A stretch of 58,018 bases of DNA, filler included, from Squatina squatina (lineage: Eukaryota), in assembly GCA_031763465.1 (NCBI GenBank). It is 3 parts of 3 records of this genome, joined end to end, with 100 filler letters (N's around TTAATTAATTAA, not from the genome) between each part and the next. Parts side by side here need not be neighbours in the genome. Positions count along the whole stretch, not along the records: positions 1 to 18,205 come from JARFOE010000073.1; positions 18,306 to 33,379 come from JARFOE010615647.1; 1 more part is not named here. One strand, 5' to 3'. Positions 11,714 through 24,249 of this stretch are shown here, one piece after another. Position numbers and translations under genes: made by a program. A model generated the notes under the pieces. That model did not search any database. It was given only the letters and a program-made list of their open reading frames with translations, and had not been told where the DNA came from. Positions within the stretch are counted from its first letter, which is position 1. Each line of letters starts with the position of its first letter.

Positions 11714-12095
11714 ATCAGAGCACTTAAACACCCTCCTGCTCACTGCCCTTTCTCACATCAACTGCATCATGCACTTTCTACTAATGGCGCCGCTTCCGGG
11801 GCCGACTCTGCAGCAACAGCTTTTGACATCCCTGCCAACCCCAGGCAGTCGTTGCGTTTTCCTGCATCAATTTACTACTGGGTTGCTCATGGGGCGGCGC
11901 GCACGTTGATGGCGCCACAATCACCGTGCGCTGCCGGGATTGGTGCCAAGCCGCACCAGAGGTGTTTCCTATGGGCGCCTCTGCAAAAGTGGACATCAAT
12001 GTCGCGCTAGGCATGACTAGTGCCGCAAGTGCACCCCGGGAGCGCCTCCAGCCGGCACGAATGGGGCGCTAACGCCCTATCAATTTCAGCCCCCC
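11714..12095. mobile_element. GC/CpG-rich non-autonomous element end (unclassified, possibly DNA-transposon derived)
   Basis: Abrupt GC-rich block ending caatttcagcccc. Similar ends occur at 3745-3756 (caatttcagggc) and 13002-13013 (caatttctacct). Confidence 0.4.
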
Positions 12096-13346
12096 TAATG
12101 TTCTCGCATCACCCACTTTGAGCAGAACACTATCTGGAACACTTTGCAAACTTGGGGTAGTAATGACATCACTCACAGTACAACCATCATGTTGAACATA
12201 CACATGAACCAATGTGATGATATCAACTTTGAAAAAGTGTCATGATACCACAATGTTTACTCCTACTCGTTTCCTGAGGTAAGGGGTTAGAGCAGTTTTG
12301 CAATTACTTTTATTATATTGCACTTGTCATCGCTACAGTCAGCTGTTTCTTTCCACTCCAGTCAGGATATAAACTTAAGTAACCAGAAGGAGAAGGAATT
12401 GTTTGTCCTAATTCAAGACTTGCAATAATCTCAATTATGTTCACTATAAAAACGAGGATATCACAACATTTTGAACTCTCAAAGACATCTACATATCCAA
12501 ACACCCAAACATTCATAGACCTAGAAATTCATTTAATGACAACTAGGCACATGGAATGATCCCAGCCCGAAGATGGAAGCCCGAGCATCACCAGAAATTG
12601 GTCCTCAGGCCTCATCCAAATCATTTGACGAGCTGCCGACACCTGTCGTGCTTCCACAGGCAGCTCATTTGACTGAAGAGTCGAATTTTGGGCCACCTGC
12701 CACACTGGCAACAGTTGGCAGGAATGCTGTGGAGTCAGGAGGAGAACTCCTGCCTTGCCTGGCTCCATGTCAATTGTAGAAAAATAATTAAATTTACCTT
12801 ACTGGTAGGGCAGCCGCTGGCTAGTCTGCATCTACCTCGAGAAAACTGAGCAGAGCAGACCCGACATCTGCTCCACTCCTAACGCCCGTATTACATGACC
12901 ACTCCGGTCGCATGAAAAATGGCCTGATTTTGGGTCAGACTTTTTTCAGATGTTCTTGGGTTACAGGCTATTGGTTCCCAAAATTGGAATACAACGAGGT
13001 CCAATTTCTACCTCATAATCTCTGTTCTGTGAATTAAATTGCCATTTCAAATAGAACCAATGGCATTTTTCAATAAGCAGTTTCTTCTCCATTTTGGAAG
13101 TTGTACAGAATACGAAATACATTTTATGATGTATGCATAAAAATCTGGCTTACGGCTGCACTATGCAGTACAAGAGATAGATGCACTAGCATGAGCACAG
13201 TTTGTACAAAAAATATTTTACCTAGTGAACTGATCAATCTTGCAGATTAGACATGATATGTTGAATGATTGCTAATTTTATTCAAAAATCAATAACTTAG
13301 ATAGAGATTATTCAAAATTTAATTTCAAGATTTGCACTGTGCTTAC

Positions 13347-13450
13347 CTTTTCCATTTTTTGGGTTACTTGGGGATAGTCTCTGATGAAGACGTTCTCCAC
13401 TACATCGCCAGTGAAACACGTCTGCCTGCAAGCAGGGCAACAGATAATGC
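13347..13450 (-). CDS. TRIM66: TRIM66 exon encoding the C-terminal half of a RING finger and the MEK segment
   Basis: Acceptor ctctggctacctcag| and donor AAG|GTAAGC. 104 nt, phase 1 to phase 0, reading (G)IICCPACRQTCFTGDVVENVFIRDYPQVTQKMEK. Resembles the TIF1-family exon GVIRCPVCRQEC...VDNYFVKD (recalled) and splices in frame to exon 9492-9636. Confidence 0.82.
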
Positions 13451-14134
13451 CTGAGGTAGCCAGAGCAGCAAAAAACATCAAATCAACAACAGGAAATGAG
13501 ATTAATCACACATACAGCAGCAACAAATTCAGTTTGATCTCTTCATGAAAATAATGCCTACTTCCAAAAAGGAAATTAGTTTGCATTGCAATGCCAAAAA
13601 TGTATATCTAGGAAAATAACTTGATGTGATATTCATTTTGATTGAACATACTCAAGTTACACTTAAAATTTATCAAAACAAAATCTAAATTATGACAGTA
13701 CTAATGGTTTAACTTTCCAATGTAGTTTGTTACAGATGTATTAACTTAAGGGAAAATTTATTGATGGTAAACAATCTTTACTGTTCCCAAGAGACAGAGA
13801 GTAAAGAGAGTAAAGATTCCAGCATCCGCAGTATTTCGCTTTTGTATGAGAGTAAAGAGATAATGGGTGAACATTTTCATTTAATTTTAATCTCAGTAAG
13901 TAATTATGACATTATAGATTAAAAACAAAAAAGAAACCAATTATTTAGCATTTCAGAATCGCATTGAAGGAAAGGTTTTTAGGAACCAATTGGGATTACT
14001 TTAAAAGGCTTTTGTTTAAATCCACTTTTGTGTTGATGCAAAGTGTTTATGCATCACGCCAAAGTGTCAGTATAACTCTGGTCACAGATCTCTGTTGGCA
14101 GAGGATGGAGTGAATTGATCCAGCTATTTGTGTG

Positions 14135-14625
14135 GCAATACTCTCCATTTGCCTAGATAGGTGCAGCTCCAACGTCACTCAAAGCTTGACACCATCCAGG
14201 ACAAAATACTCCACTTGATCGGCATCCCATCCACAGGCTTAAGCATCCACTCCCTCCACCATTGGCGTACTGTGGCTGCAGTTTTTACTATCTACAAGAT
14301 GCGCTGCAGCAACTCACTAAGGCTTCTTTGATGCCACCTCCCAAACCCACGATCTCTACCACCTGGAAGGACAAGAGCAGCAGGCACATGGGAACACCAT
14401 CACCTCCAAGTTCCCCTCCAAGTCACGCACCATCCTGAGTTGGAGATATATCGCTGTTCCTTCATCGTCGCTGCATCAAAATCCAGTACTGCAGGAGTAC
14501 CTTCGCCACACGGACTGCGGCAGTTCAAGAAGACGGCTCACCACCACCTTCTCAAGGGCAATTGGGGATGGGCAATAAATGCTGACCTTGCCAGTGACGC
14601 CCACATCCCAGGAACGAATTTTTAA
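14135..14625 (+). mobile_element. LINE 3' fragment (RT C-terminus and tail, CR1/L2 group)
   Basis: Degenerate YSPFA..GAAPT..KLDTIQDK...LIG coding remnant ending in the tail gggatgggcaataaatgctgaccttgccagtgacgcccacatccc. Confidence 0.7.
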
Positions 14626-14690
14626 AAAATTCTTAACATAATAAAGACCTTCTTAAATTACAAAATTTTTTAGGAAGTGATGACACTTAC

Positions 14691-14830
14691 CTACACAATA
14701 GCATATTTCATGCTTGCCACATCTGTAACGCTGTTCTCTGTTGGAAACCTGTGCCTATGTGGGAAAACTGTTTGCTGTGAGTTTTCAGACTCCATCACCG
14801 TTAGCTGGATGAACTCATGCTCTGGTATAT
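14691..14830 (-). other. Candidate TRIM66 upstream exon carrying a 34-codon uORF
   Basis: Acceptor ttctcattcatttttatag| and donor TAG|GTAAGT. ORF 14795-14691 (MESENSQQ...MKYAIV*) ends exactly at the donor. Confidence 0.45.
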
Positions 14831-15125
14831 CTATAAAAATGAATGAGAATGAAAAAACTCCAGCAAATCCATTTTTAGGGCAGTAAAAGTAAAAACAAAT
14901 AAGAAACATAAAAAACATGAATTCTTTAGCTTTTTTCTTAAGTAGTTTTCTTCAAAAGAACAATTACGTTATTACATTCAAGCGATTGTTTACTGCATGT
15001 TGCATATGCGACCATTTAGGCAATGCCAAGTTTCAAAGCTGACTCTTTATGGAATATATTCTAAATGCTTACAGTTAGCCTTCCTTTCATTTATATTTGT
15101 GCTGAAGACTTAAAAAACAATTGTA

Positions 15126-15237
15126 GAAAGAAGAAAAACTTGCATTTATATAGAGCCTTTCACGACCACCGGACGTCTCAAAGCATTTGACAGTCAATGA
15201 AGTGCAGATTGAAGTGTAGTCACTGTTGCAATGTAGG
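15126..15237 (-). mobile_element. Deu-domain SINE (SacSINE1/AmnSINE1-like) 3' tail
   Basis: gaaagaagaaaaacttgcatttatatagagcctttcacgacc is the same tail as at 52232 and 50964. Confidence 0.7.
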
Positions 15238-15985
15238 NNNNNNNNNNNNNNNNNNNNNNNNNNNNNNNNNNNNNNNNNNNNNNNNNNNNNNNNNNNNNNN
15301 NNNNNNNNNNNNNNNNNNNNNNNNNNNNNNNNNNNNNGACAATAGGATTAGTGACAATTAAGTGATAGTGACATGCCTGAGAATTAACTAATCATTTACC
15401 AAAATACAGAATGTCAAGTAATTATGTATGGTGTATCATTTTACAGTAGCAGTGATGTGAGAAATTATGAGCCAAAATTCTTTGTTGCAGGCAAGTTGAC
15501 TCTTAGAACCACACATCATTTTTGACACTTAAAAAATTGCATCTTTTAAACTAAACAGTTTTAAAAACATGCAACTAATTTAATGAAGGGTTTATTGTAA
15601 TGGGTTAAAGGCTTAAATAGTGTACCCAATATAAAGAGCAGGTGTTTCTATGTAAATTTTGATCTGAGGTTCTGCCTTGTAGATCTGTAGTAATGGAAGA
15701 ATGCTGAATTTGAGTGTTGCCCTTTGAGTCTTGCTTTGTGTCCTTCCTGGAAGCAGGCCTCAATGGCTGTACAAGAAGCAAGGAAAAGTGCAGATGTATT
15801 TAATTAATAGCAGTGGTTTACTGTCATCTGTAAAATTGAATTGATTTTCATGGTTACAGGTGTTTTTTTTTGTTTATAGCATATGTTTGGGGGTGGGGGA
15901 CAGAGAAAGAGATGCAAAATAATCTGTTTTGCACTGTGAAATGTTCTGCACTACCATAATAACCAGTTGCTTTTAATTGTTTTAG

Positions 15986-16049
15986 CCATCCAGATTGAGA
16001 AAAACCAGGAAGCTGAGAGGACATGTTAGCCACGGTCATGGCCGTATTG
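15986..16049 (+). CDS. RPL27A: 60S ribosomal protein L27a (uL15), exon 2
   Basis: ttttag| 64 nt encoding PSRLRKTRKLRGHVSHGHGRI(G) |GTAAGT, the near-invariant RPL27A N-terminus after the ATG-only first exon. Confidence 0.96.
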
Positions 16050-16053
16050 GTAA

Positions 16054-16202
<149 letters not shown>

Positions 16203-16364
16203 GTATGTATTGTACTAACTGTGTTTTGATCCATAATGTTAGTGTAATTGTGAACTTGCACCAACTGTGGTGTCTGTTACTCTTTTGGAGTGTTGGTACC
16301 AAAACAGCCTCTGCAAGGTGGGTGGTGGGGGAACAAGAATAATACTTATGGCAGGATCTGGGCA

Positions 16365-16563
16365 TCTTGTGGGGAGAAAGTGGGAACAAGGTACTGAATT
16401 TAGATGATCAGCCATGATATTGAATGGCGGAGCAGGCTCGAAGGGCCAAATGGCCCACTCCTGCTCCTATTTTCTATGTTTCTATGTTTCCATGTTTCCT
16501 GCACAATCCCCATATCCCTTGATGCCTTTAATATCTAGAAATATATCAATCTCTGTTTTGAAA
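16365..16563. mobile_element. CR1 3' tail (+) joined to a short oppositely oriented CR1 fragment
   Basis: gatcagccatgatattgaatggcggagcaggctcgaagggcc...(tttctatg)n tail, followed by ccccatatcccttgat (reverse CR1 end). Confidence 0.75.
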
Positions 16564-18137
16564 TGGCAGAAGATTTCTTTTGCCTGAATCTTTGCCACAA
16601 TCTTCCACTCTAGAAGTGATGGAATGTTCGACATAGCTGTAGCTTAAGTTATGACAGGTTTGTACCCTACTGCATTTTTAACGTAACTACATGTTGGACA
16701 TACATTTATGGCTACTTTTAGGCAGTCAGCTTTTCAGAAGCTGTTGGTCAACTTTTCTTGGTATCCCAGTTGCCCAGCTCACATAACTCCCAGCAGCTGA
16801 GGATGAAGTGGTACTGACAGAGGCCTGAGAGTAGGCCGCTTACCTCTACTGTGAGCCAGGGGTTATTTAAGATGAGCGGGCGAGACTGAAAGAGGAAGAA
16901 GAGAAATAATATAAAGATTTATNNNNNNNNNNNNNNNNNNNNNNNNNNNNNNNNNNNNNNNNNNNNNNNNNNNNNNNNNNNNNNNNNNNNNNNNNNNNNN
17001 NNNNNNNNNNNNNNNNNNNNNNTCCCTCTTGCAGGTGATCGGAGATGTCATTTTATTTGAGGAATGCTATGCAAATGTAAGTTGCTGTTCCCAATGAATA
17101 ACCATCATCAACAGCTTTCTCTGGCCTCTAGGTGGGGCAGTCCACCACAAGGAAAAGCTGACTTGTAAAAAAAAATGCAAATTTGGAAATCTAAAATATT
17201 GAAAATACACAGGTTGTCAGCATCTTCAAGTGCACTCCTTGCAATGTCCTTGTTTAAACTCTAGCTTAGGGATTTTTTATAACACTATTTTTATGCATTT
17301 GAGAAAGCAAGATCAAGAACCAAGCTCATTATAGATTCCACCAAACATGAAAATGTAGTACAGAAGATAAGGTAAATCAGGAAATTGTGATCAAGTGCTC
17401 CATTTAGGTTTAGAAAAGCCTGTAGATTGTGGGAGGAAGAGCAGAGATAGGGAGGAAAGGAGCTCCACAGTTTAGAAGTGCTGGGAGAGAGGAGGTGTCT
17501 GCGATGAGTTGATTTCAACACAATGCTTTCAAACAGATCCTGCAATTTTGATTCTATTCCCAACAGATATACAACCAGTACCAAATGTGTTTATTTTATT
17601 TTTTTAAAAAGCAGTACATAGAAATGTGGCGAGGCTTACCCAGTCATGCTCTGTGAGAATGGCAGAGTAGTAAAGGCTTCTGCACACTCTCAGTACACTC
17701 AGCTACGGCAGTGCATTAGATACAGAAAGGAGCTAGTGATTCATTCACCAACCTCTTCTATGGCAGCTTATGCATTTTCAAGCAACATCAAAAAAGGTAC
17801 CAAATATTTTCAGTGTAACTTTATCACATTTTGTTGGCAAAATGCGGAAAGGAAGAACAAAAGAGATGCAATCTGAACTCTACAGCTATAGCACGAGTAA
17901 AACTGATACTTCATCATTTTTCATATAGTTCAGCAACAGATAATTTCCCAGTTTACATGGGCTTATAGTGATTATTTATTTACTTTCTGTACAGCATAAG
18001 TCAAGAGAGAAAGGACCTGACACAGAACTTTATGGGACAGATTGATAATAGATGTGTGGGGGCATTGGTGATAAGATTGTAAATAGTAAATAGGGAGGTG
18101 TGCAAAGTAAAGCTAACACTGATCCCTGTCTGACACT

Positions 18138-18205
18138 AGGCTGACACTCCAGCGCAGTGCTGAGGGAGTGCTGCACTGTCAGAGGTGCCGTCTTTTGGTT
18201 GAGAT
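18138..18205 (+). mobile_element. Deu-domain SINE fragment truncated by the contig end
   Basis: ggctgacactccagcgcagtgctgagggagtgctgcactgtcagaggtgccgtcttt is the recognisable Deu-domain core. Confidence 0.75.
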
Positions 18206-18305
18206 NNNNNNNNNNNNNNNNNNNNNNNNNNNNNNNNNNNNNNNNNNNNTTAATTAATTAANNNNNNNNNNNNNNNNNNNNNNNNNNNNNNNNNNNNNNN
18301 NNNNN
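18206..18305. other. Artificial contig-joining spacer
   Basis: 44 N + TTAATTAATTAA (18250-18261, stops in all six frames) + 44 N. Confidence 0.95.
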
Positions 18306-18879
18306 TAGTATCGGAGTAATCAAGAATGATGGCCGTGGTTAGCACCTGTACTGTTTGTTTGGACTGTCCTGATAGTCCTTTTCCTTTGTGTACCTCATTA
18401 TGTTGATGAGTAGCTATCTCCGGAATGTGAGATTTTACATGTGTCTGAGCCGAATGCTCAGCCACCATTAACTTCTTTTTGCCAGACTTGGCTGTAACAG
18501 CTTTATTTAACGGTGGTTTTGTTGTACAGGTGAGAAACTGACTCTCTGTGAAATGCTTAATCAATCTGTAGGTAGTTTTAAATGTTCCACTACATAAGTC
18601 ATGCCCTGTAATAGCACTTAGACAATTTGTGGTCTCCTTGAGAGGTTTAATGAATGTCTCTCAGTCAGTTGGCAGAAGAGCTCCTTACCATACGCATTCT
18701 CTGTTTCAGATTGACAGGGGTCTGCAGTTTTTTTCACACCTGCTTGTCCCACTCTGCAGTTTTATACTCCTGGTTGTCCTGTCTTCCATTTTGTGTCACT
18801 GGCCTGCCCAACAGTCTCTATTTTGTACTGAATTTTATACTTGTAAAACTTCTCTGCACTCACTCCAGAGCAATGACGT

Positions 18880-21590
18880 CCTACCTGTAATGAGGTGACC
18901 ATAACTGTGATCAATTCTCAAGCTGTGGCCGAAGCAGCGTTCTAGACAGTTCCTGCATTACATGCCGTTTTTTTACTGTCTACCTTGGCTCATAAAGGAG
19001 AGCATTCTGTATGTCTGCTTCAGCAGCTTATCTACCTGCACTGACACCTACAGGGACCGGTGCACGCAGACTCCAAAGTCTCTCATTTCCTCAACCCCTC
19101 TCAATATATTCCTGTTTAATGTGTATTTCCTTTCACTGTTTGCTCTCTCTCTGTGCATTATCTCACACTTCTCTGGGTTGAACTCAATTTGCCACTTTTC
19201 CATCCACTCAACCAAACCATTGATAGCCATGTGGAGTCTACAGCTTTCATCTTCAATATAAACTACACCGTCAATTTTTGTGTCATCTGAAATTTCCCAA
19301 ACATAGCCCCCACATTCAAGTCCATCAATAATAGATACCAAAAACGGCAAGGGGCCCAACACTGAGCTCTGTGCTCCACCACTGGCAAGGCTTTCTATTC
19401 AGAAATACATCCATCAAGCATTACACTTTCTTTCATGTTACTGTGCCAATTTTGTATTCAATTCAGCACATTCCCCTGTATCCCCTGGGCTTTTACTTTT
19501 CTGACCAGTCTGCCATTTATAACCTATCAAATGCCTCAGTAAAATCCACCTCAACAACGTCCACTGCACTGCCCTCATCAATCCACCTTGTCACATCCTC
19601 AAGGAATTCAATCAAAATTGTAAGGCATGAGGTTCCCTTAATAAATCCATGTTGACTATCCTTGATTGGTTGATGCCTTTCTCAGTAACAGTTTATCCTG
19701 CCACTCATAATTGAGCCTTACAATTTGCCCACCACAGAGGTAATACTGTCCATTCTACAATTGTTTGGTCTTTCCCCAGCACACTTTTTAAACAATGGGA
19801 CAACTTTTGCAGGCACCCAGTCTCCCGCTGCCTCACCTGTATCTAGTGAGGATTGGAAAATGATGTTCAGTGCATCCGCTATTTCCTCCATGGCTTTCTT
19901 CAATAGCCTGTGAAACAGTCTATCCGGCCCTGGTGAACTATCAAGTTTCAAGGATTCCAGTCCCTCTAGCAGTTCCAGTCTTATTATGCCTATCTTATCC
20001 AATATTTCACAATCCTCCTCTTAAACAATTACGCCTGCTGCATCTCTCTCGTTTATGAATATGGAGACAAAAGAATCACTTAAAACCCTACTGACCTACT
20101 CGGCGTCTACGCACAATTTACCTTTATCATCTCTGATAGGTCTCACCTCTACCTTAACAATACTTTTGTTCCTACTGTACTCATAAAACATCTTCGTCTT
20201 TTCTGTAAATGTATTTGCTAATGTTTTTTCATGTCCGTTCTTTGCTTTCTATATTTCCTGCTTTACTTCATCCCTGTACTTTCTATACTTCTCCAGGCTT
20301 TCTGCAGTATTAAGTTTTCAATGAGATACATAAGCTTTCTTTTTCTTCTTTAACTTGCCCTATGTTGTTCTAGAATAGGCAGTTTTACCCTTTTTCTTTG
20401 TGGGGACATGTCAGCATTCTACCCGTAGAATATGGCTTTTTAGTGCCTGCCAATGGTTTGCCACTGGTTTTCCCTCAAGTCGTTTTGTCCAGTCCACGTT
20501 CGCCAAATCACCTCTCAGCTCTGCAACATTTGCCTTGCACCAACTTAAAGCAGTTACTTCTGATGTATCTCCTTACATTTCCAGAATAATGCTCAAACTA
20601 ACTGATTTGTGGTCACTACCTCCACAATGGTCACCAACTGTCACTCATCCATTTGCCTATCTTCATTGCCGAAGACTAAATCTAGGATTACATCCACTCT
20701 CGTTGGGATTGTCACGTACTGGCTAAAAAAAGGTTCTCCGTGACATAGTTCTGGAACTTTGCGGCCTCTGTGCCCCTCTCATTTATTGTAACCTAGTTGA
20801 TGCTCGAGCAGTTAAAGTCTCATCTATTATTCCCCTGTTGTTTTTGCACTCAGAATTATGCTTACATATACGTTCTTCAATCTCTCTCTCACAAATTCGG
20901 TGTCTATAGTACCCTCCTAGTTGTGAGACTGCCCTTTTTTATATCATATCTCAACCAATGTGGCTTCGTTGCTGATCCATTTAGCATGTCCTCCGTTCTC
21001 TCAAATGTCATTGGTTATTCAACCAATAATGCTACACTCCAAATTTTTAGCACTCACTCTATCCTGCCTGAGAACTCTATATCCAGGGATAGAGCTGCTA
21101 TTTTTGCCCCTTTAAATTGCAGGTTACCATTATCACAATGATAACATGCCCTATGTCTATTTGTGCCCTCAGTCCATCTGCTTTATTTGCTGTACACCTT
21201 GCATTGAAGTATATGCCTTTTATCCCCGTCAAATCCCTGCGCTGAGCAATTTTTAAACTTTACATACTTTGCTTTTCAGTGTCACGAAATAGGTCACCAT
21301 CTGATTTTTTACCTCCTGTTTCCTGGATTGAATTTCTTCTACCTGAAACTGCCCTTTGCATCTCACCCCACTGCAATTCCAGTTTCAACCGTCCTTAACA
21401 GAACTAGCACATACCCTCGAGAGGAGATTGATCCTGGTCCTGCTTGGGTGCAACCCGTCCAGCGTGTACATATCCCACATTCCCCAGAATCAGTCCCAGT
21501 GCCTCAGGAATTTAAATCCCTCCCTCCTGCACCATCTCTCCAGGCAAGCATCTATCTGTTCTATTCTCCTATTTCTGCTCTCGCTAGCAC
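18880..21590 (-). mobile_element. Long degenerate CR1 LINE (ORF1 esterase end, endonuclease and RT)
   Basis: LGPLPFLVSI...SDDTKIDGVV...WQIEFNPEKC (19048-19362); SPGPDRLFHRLLK...VVPLFKK (19718-20002); ORF1 SGNH-type RWCRREGFKFLRHWD...DGLHP near 21430-21540. Many stops and frameshifts. Confidence 0.9.
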
Positions 21591-21904
21591 TTGCCTCTGG
21601 TCTGTGGACATGCAGAAACAAGCCCCTCGTTTCCTTTATATTTCTCTGTGTCCTAACATATATTGAGTATTTCTTTGACTTTTGGCCCTTCCCAAATTCA
21701 TTCCCTCACACATATCCAGATTGTTTTCCATTTTCCAATTTTTGCACACCTGATAATTAGATTGAAATCTTCGAAGCACCTCCAGCTTGCATCCTCAATA
21801 GCAATCAAACGTCCATTTATGAATCAGCTGCAATCTTTTTATTCATGACCCCTGCGTAGAATTGTAAATGATGGATGTATAGACCAGAAAATGAAAAAGC
21901 CATG

Positions 21905-23760
21905 CAAAATAGAAACAGAAAATCGTAGCAGCAGTAGATCATTCAGCCTATCGAGCTTGCTCCGCCATTCAATAGGATCATGGCCGAACAACTAAATTCA
22001 ATACTCTGTTCCTGCTTTCTCCACATATCCCTTGATCCATTAAGCAATAAGAACTATATATTTATACATATACATATATATATATATCCTGCTTGAAAAT
22101 ATTTTATGATTTGGCCGCAACTGACTTCCATGGCAGATAATTCCACACGGTCGCCACCCTCTGCTTGATAAAATTTCGTCTTAGTTCCCTTCTAAATGGC
22201 TTACCCCGTATCCTTAGTCTGTGACCCCTGGTTCTGCACTCCCCAGCAATCGGCAACATCATTCCTGCATCAACTGTGTCAAGTCCTTTTAGAATTTTCT
22301 ATGAGATCCCCTCTCATTCTTCTAAACTCTAGCGAATATAAACATAATCGACTCAATCCCTTTTTATATGTCGGTTCTGCCATCCCAGGAATCAGTCTGG
22401 AGAACTTTCGCTGCTCTCCCTCCATGGCAAGAAGATCCTTCCTCAGATACGGCAAACAGAAGGGGGCACAATACTCACGGTTTGGTCTCACTAAATGCTG
22501 AAAAATTGCAGCAAGACATCTCTGTTCCTGTACTCGAAACCTTTCGCAAATTAGGCCAATTTATCATTCACCTTCTTAAACACGTGCTGCACCTCCATGT
22601 TTGATTGATGTCCAATAACACACAGGTCCCTTTGCAGCTTCACCTTTCCCAATCTGTCAACGTTCAGAAAAAATTCTGCCTTCCTGTTTTTGCCACCAAT
22701 GTGGATAACCCTACATATTCCACGTTGTATTCCATCCCCCATGCATTTGCGCACTCACTCAATGTATCCAAATCAACCGGGAGCATATCTGCATTCTCGT
22801 CAGAGCTCACATTAGCACCCAGCTTTGTGTCGGCTGCAAAGTTGGAATTATTACATTTAATTCCCTCCTGTAAAACATTGATATGTATCGTGAGTAGCTG
22901 TGCCCAAGCACTGATCCCTGTGGTAGGCCACTAGTCACTGCTTGCCACCCGGAAAAGAACATTTATTCCTGCACTCTCTTTCCTGTCTGCCAAACAGTTC
23001 TCTATCCATGCAAGTACATAACCCCAAGATTTTGCACACTAACCTCTTATGTTACTGCTTATCACAAGCCTTCTGAAAATCAAAAGGCACATCCACTAGC
23101 TCTCCATTATCTTCTTGTGGAGTTACGCACTCAAAAAATTGCAGTGAATTTGTTAAGCATGATTTCCCTTTCACAAATCCATGCTGGCTTTCCCGATCTC
23201 GTCAAAAGCTTTCCACGTATTCTGCTGTTACATCATTAATGATGGACGTCATTCATGATTGACGCAAGCATTTTTCCCACGACTGGTGTTAGGCTAACTG
23301 GTCTCTAATTCCCTTTTTTCTCTCAGCCTCCTTATTTAAATAGTGAAGTTACATGAGGCACCCTCCAATCCGTAGGAACTGTTCCAGAGTGTATAGAATC
23401 TTGGAAGTTGAGCACCCACTATTCGTGGGCCGTTTCCATTGGTACTGCTGGATGTAGATTTTCAGACCCTGGGTATTTTTAGGGCATTTTGAAGGATCAC
23501 TTTTTGCAGCATCTACAAAGACTGATTTCCTTCAGTTCCTGCCTCTCACTGGACCCTGTTTTCCCCTGCATTACTGGAAGATTATTGTTTTTTTTTTTGG
23601 AAGACAGAAGCAAAGTATGCATTTAATTGTTCTGCCATTTATTTATTCCCCATTAAAAATCCCCCATTCCTGACTGTAAGCGACCTACATTTGTCGTAAC
23701 TAATCTTTTACTCTTCCCACATTGATAGAAGCATTTGCAGTCAGACTTAATGTTCTCTTC
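21905..23760 (-). mobile_element. Second degenerate CR1 LINE (RT to 3' tail) with an internal (TA)n microsatellite near 22054-22088
   Basis: RPNREYCAPFCLPYLRKDLLAMEGEQRKFSRLIPGM, an NYRPVSL-like region near 23285-23310, and the 3' tail at 21905-21985. Confidence 0.9.
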
Positions 23761-24249
23761 TGACCGAAACTTGCGGAAGTCCACCACAAACAGACTACCA
23801 GTCAAACATAATAAAAAAACTGTCGATCTCTGCCTTGCCACTTAGATTCCGACCACTGAGTCATCTTTGGATCTATCCAGCCAAATTCCCTCGGATCCCA
23901 TAGATTTAAATTTTTGGACCAGTCTTCCATCATTGACCTGGTGAAAAGTCTTGGTAAAAATCAATGCAGACTACAAGAAATGCCGTGCCCTCATCAATCG
24001 CCTTAACAAAATTATACAATTCGCAATTCCCATATAAAACCCATGGTTAGTGTTGTTAACTAATCAGTAACTTAATCTACGACGAATACTCCTGTTGCTC
24101 AGACATTTTTCCAATAATTTCCGTGGTTATGGCGAAGGGCCACTAATAACTCGGCCTTTTCCTTTTCGCCTGCTTAATTAATCGCACAATATCAATCAGT
24201 TAGATTGCTTAGATGTTTGAACCAGGCTTGGTGTGAGTGCGGATTCAGG

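Noticed and set aside
17654-17692. Hairpin TGAGA..GCAGA..TCTGC..TCTCA considered as a SECIS element, SNORA3-type snoRNA or miRNA
   Set aside because: There is no 3' GA for a SECIS quartet, no similarity to SNORA3 as I recall it, and the stem is too short to call a miRNA.
18250-18261. TTAATTAATTAA as a biological palindrome or homeodomain site
   Set aside because: It is centred in symmetric 44-N flanks and repeated identically at 33424, so it is a synthetic linker.
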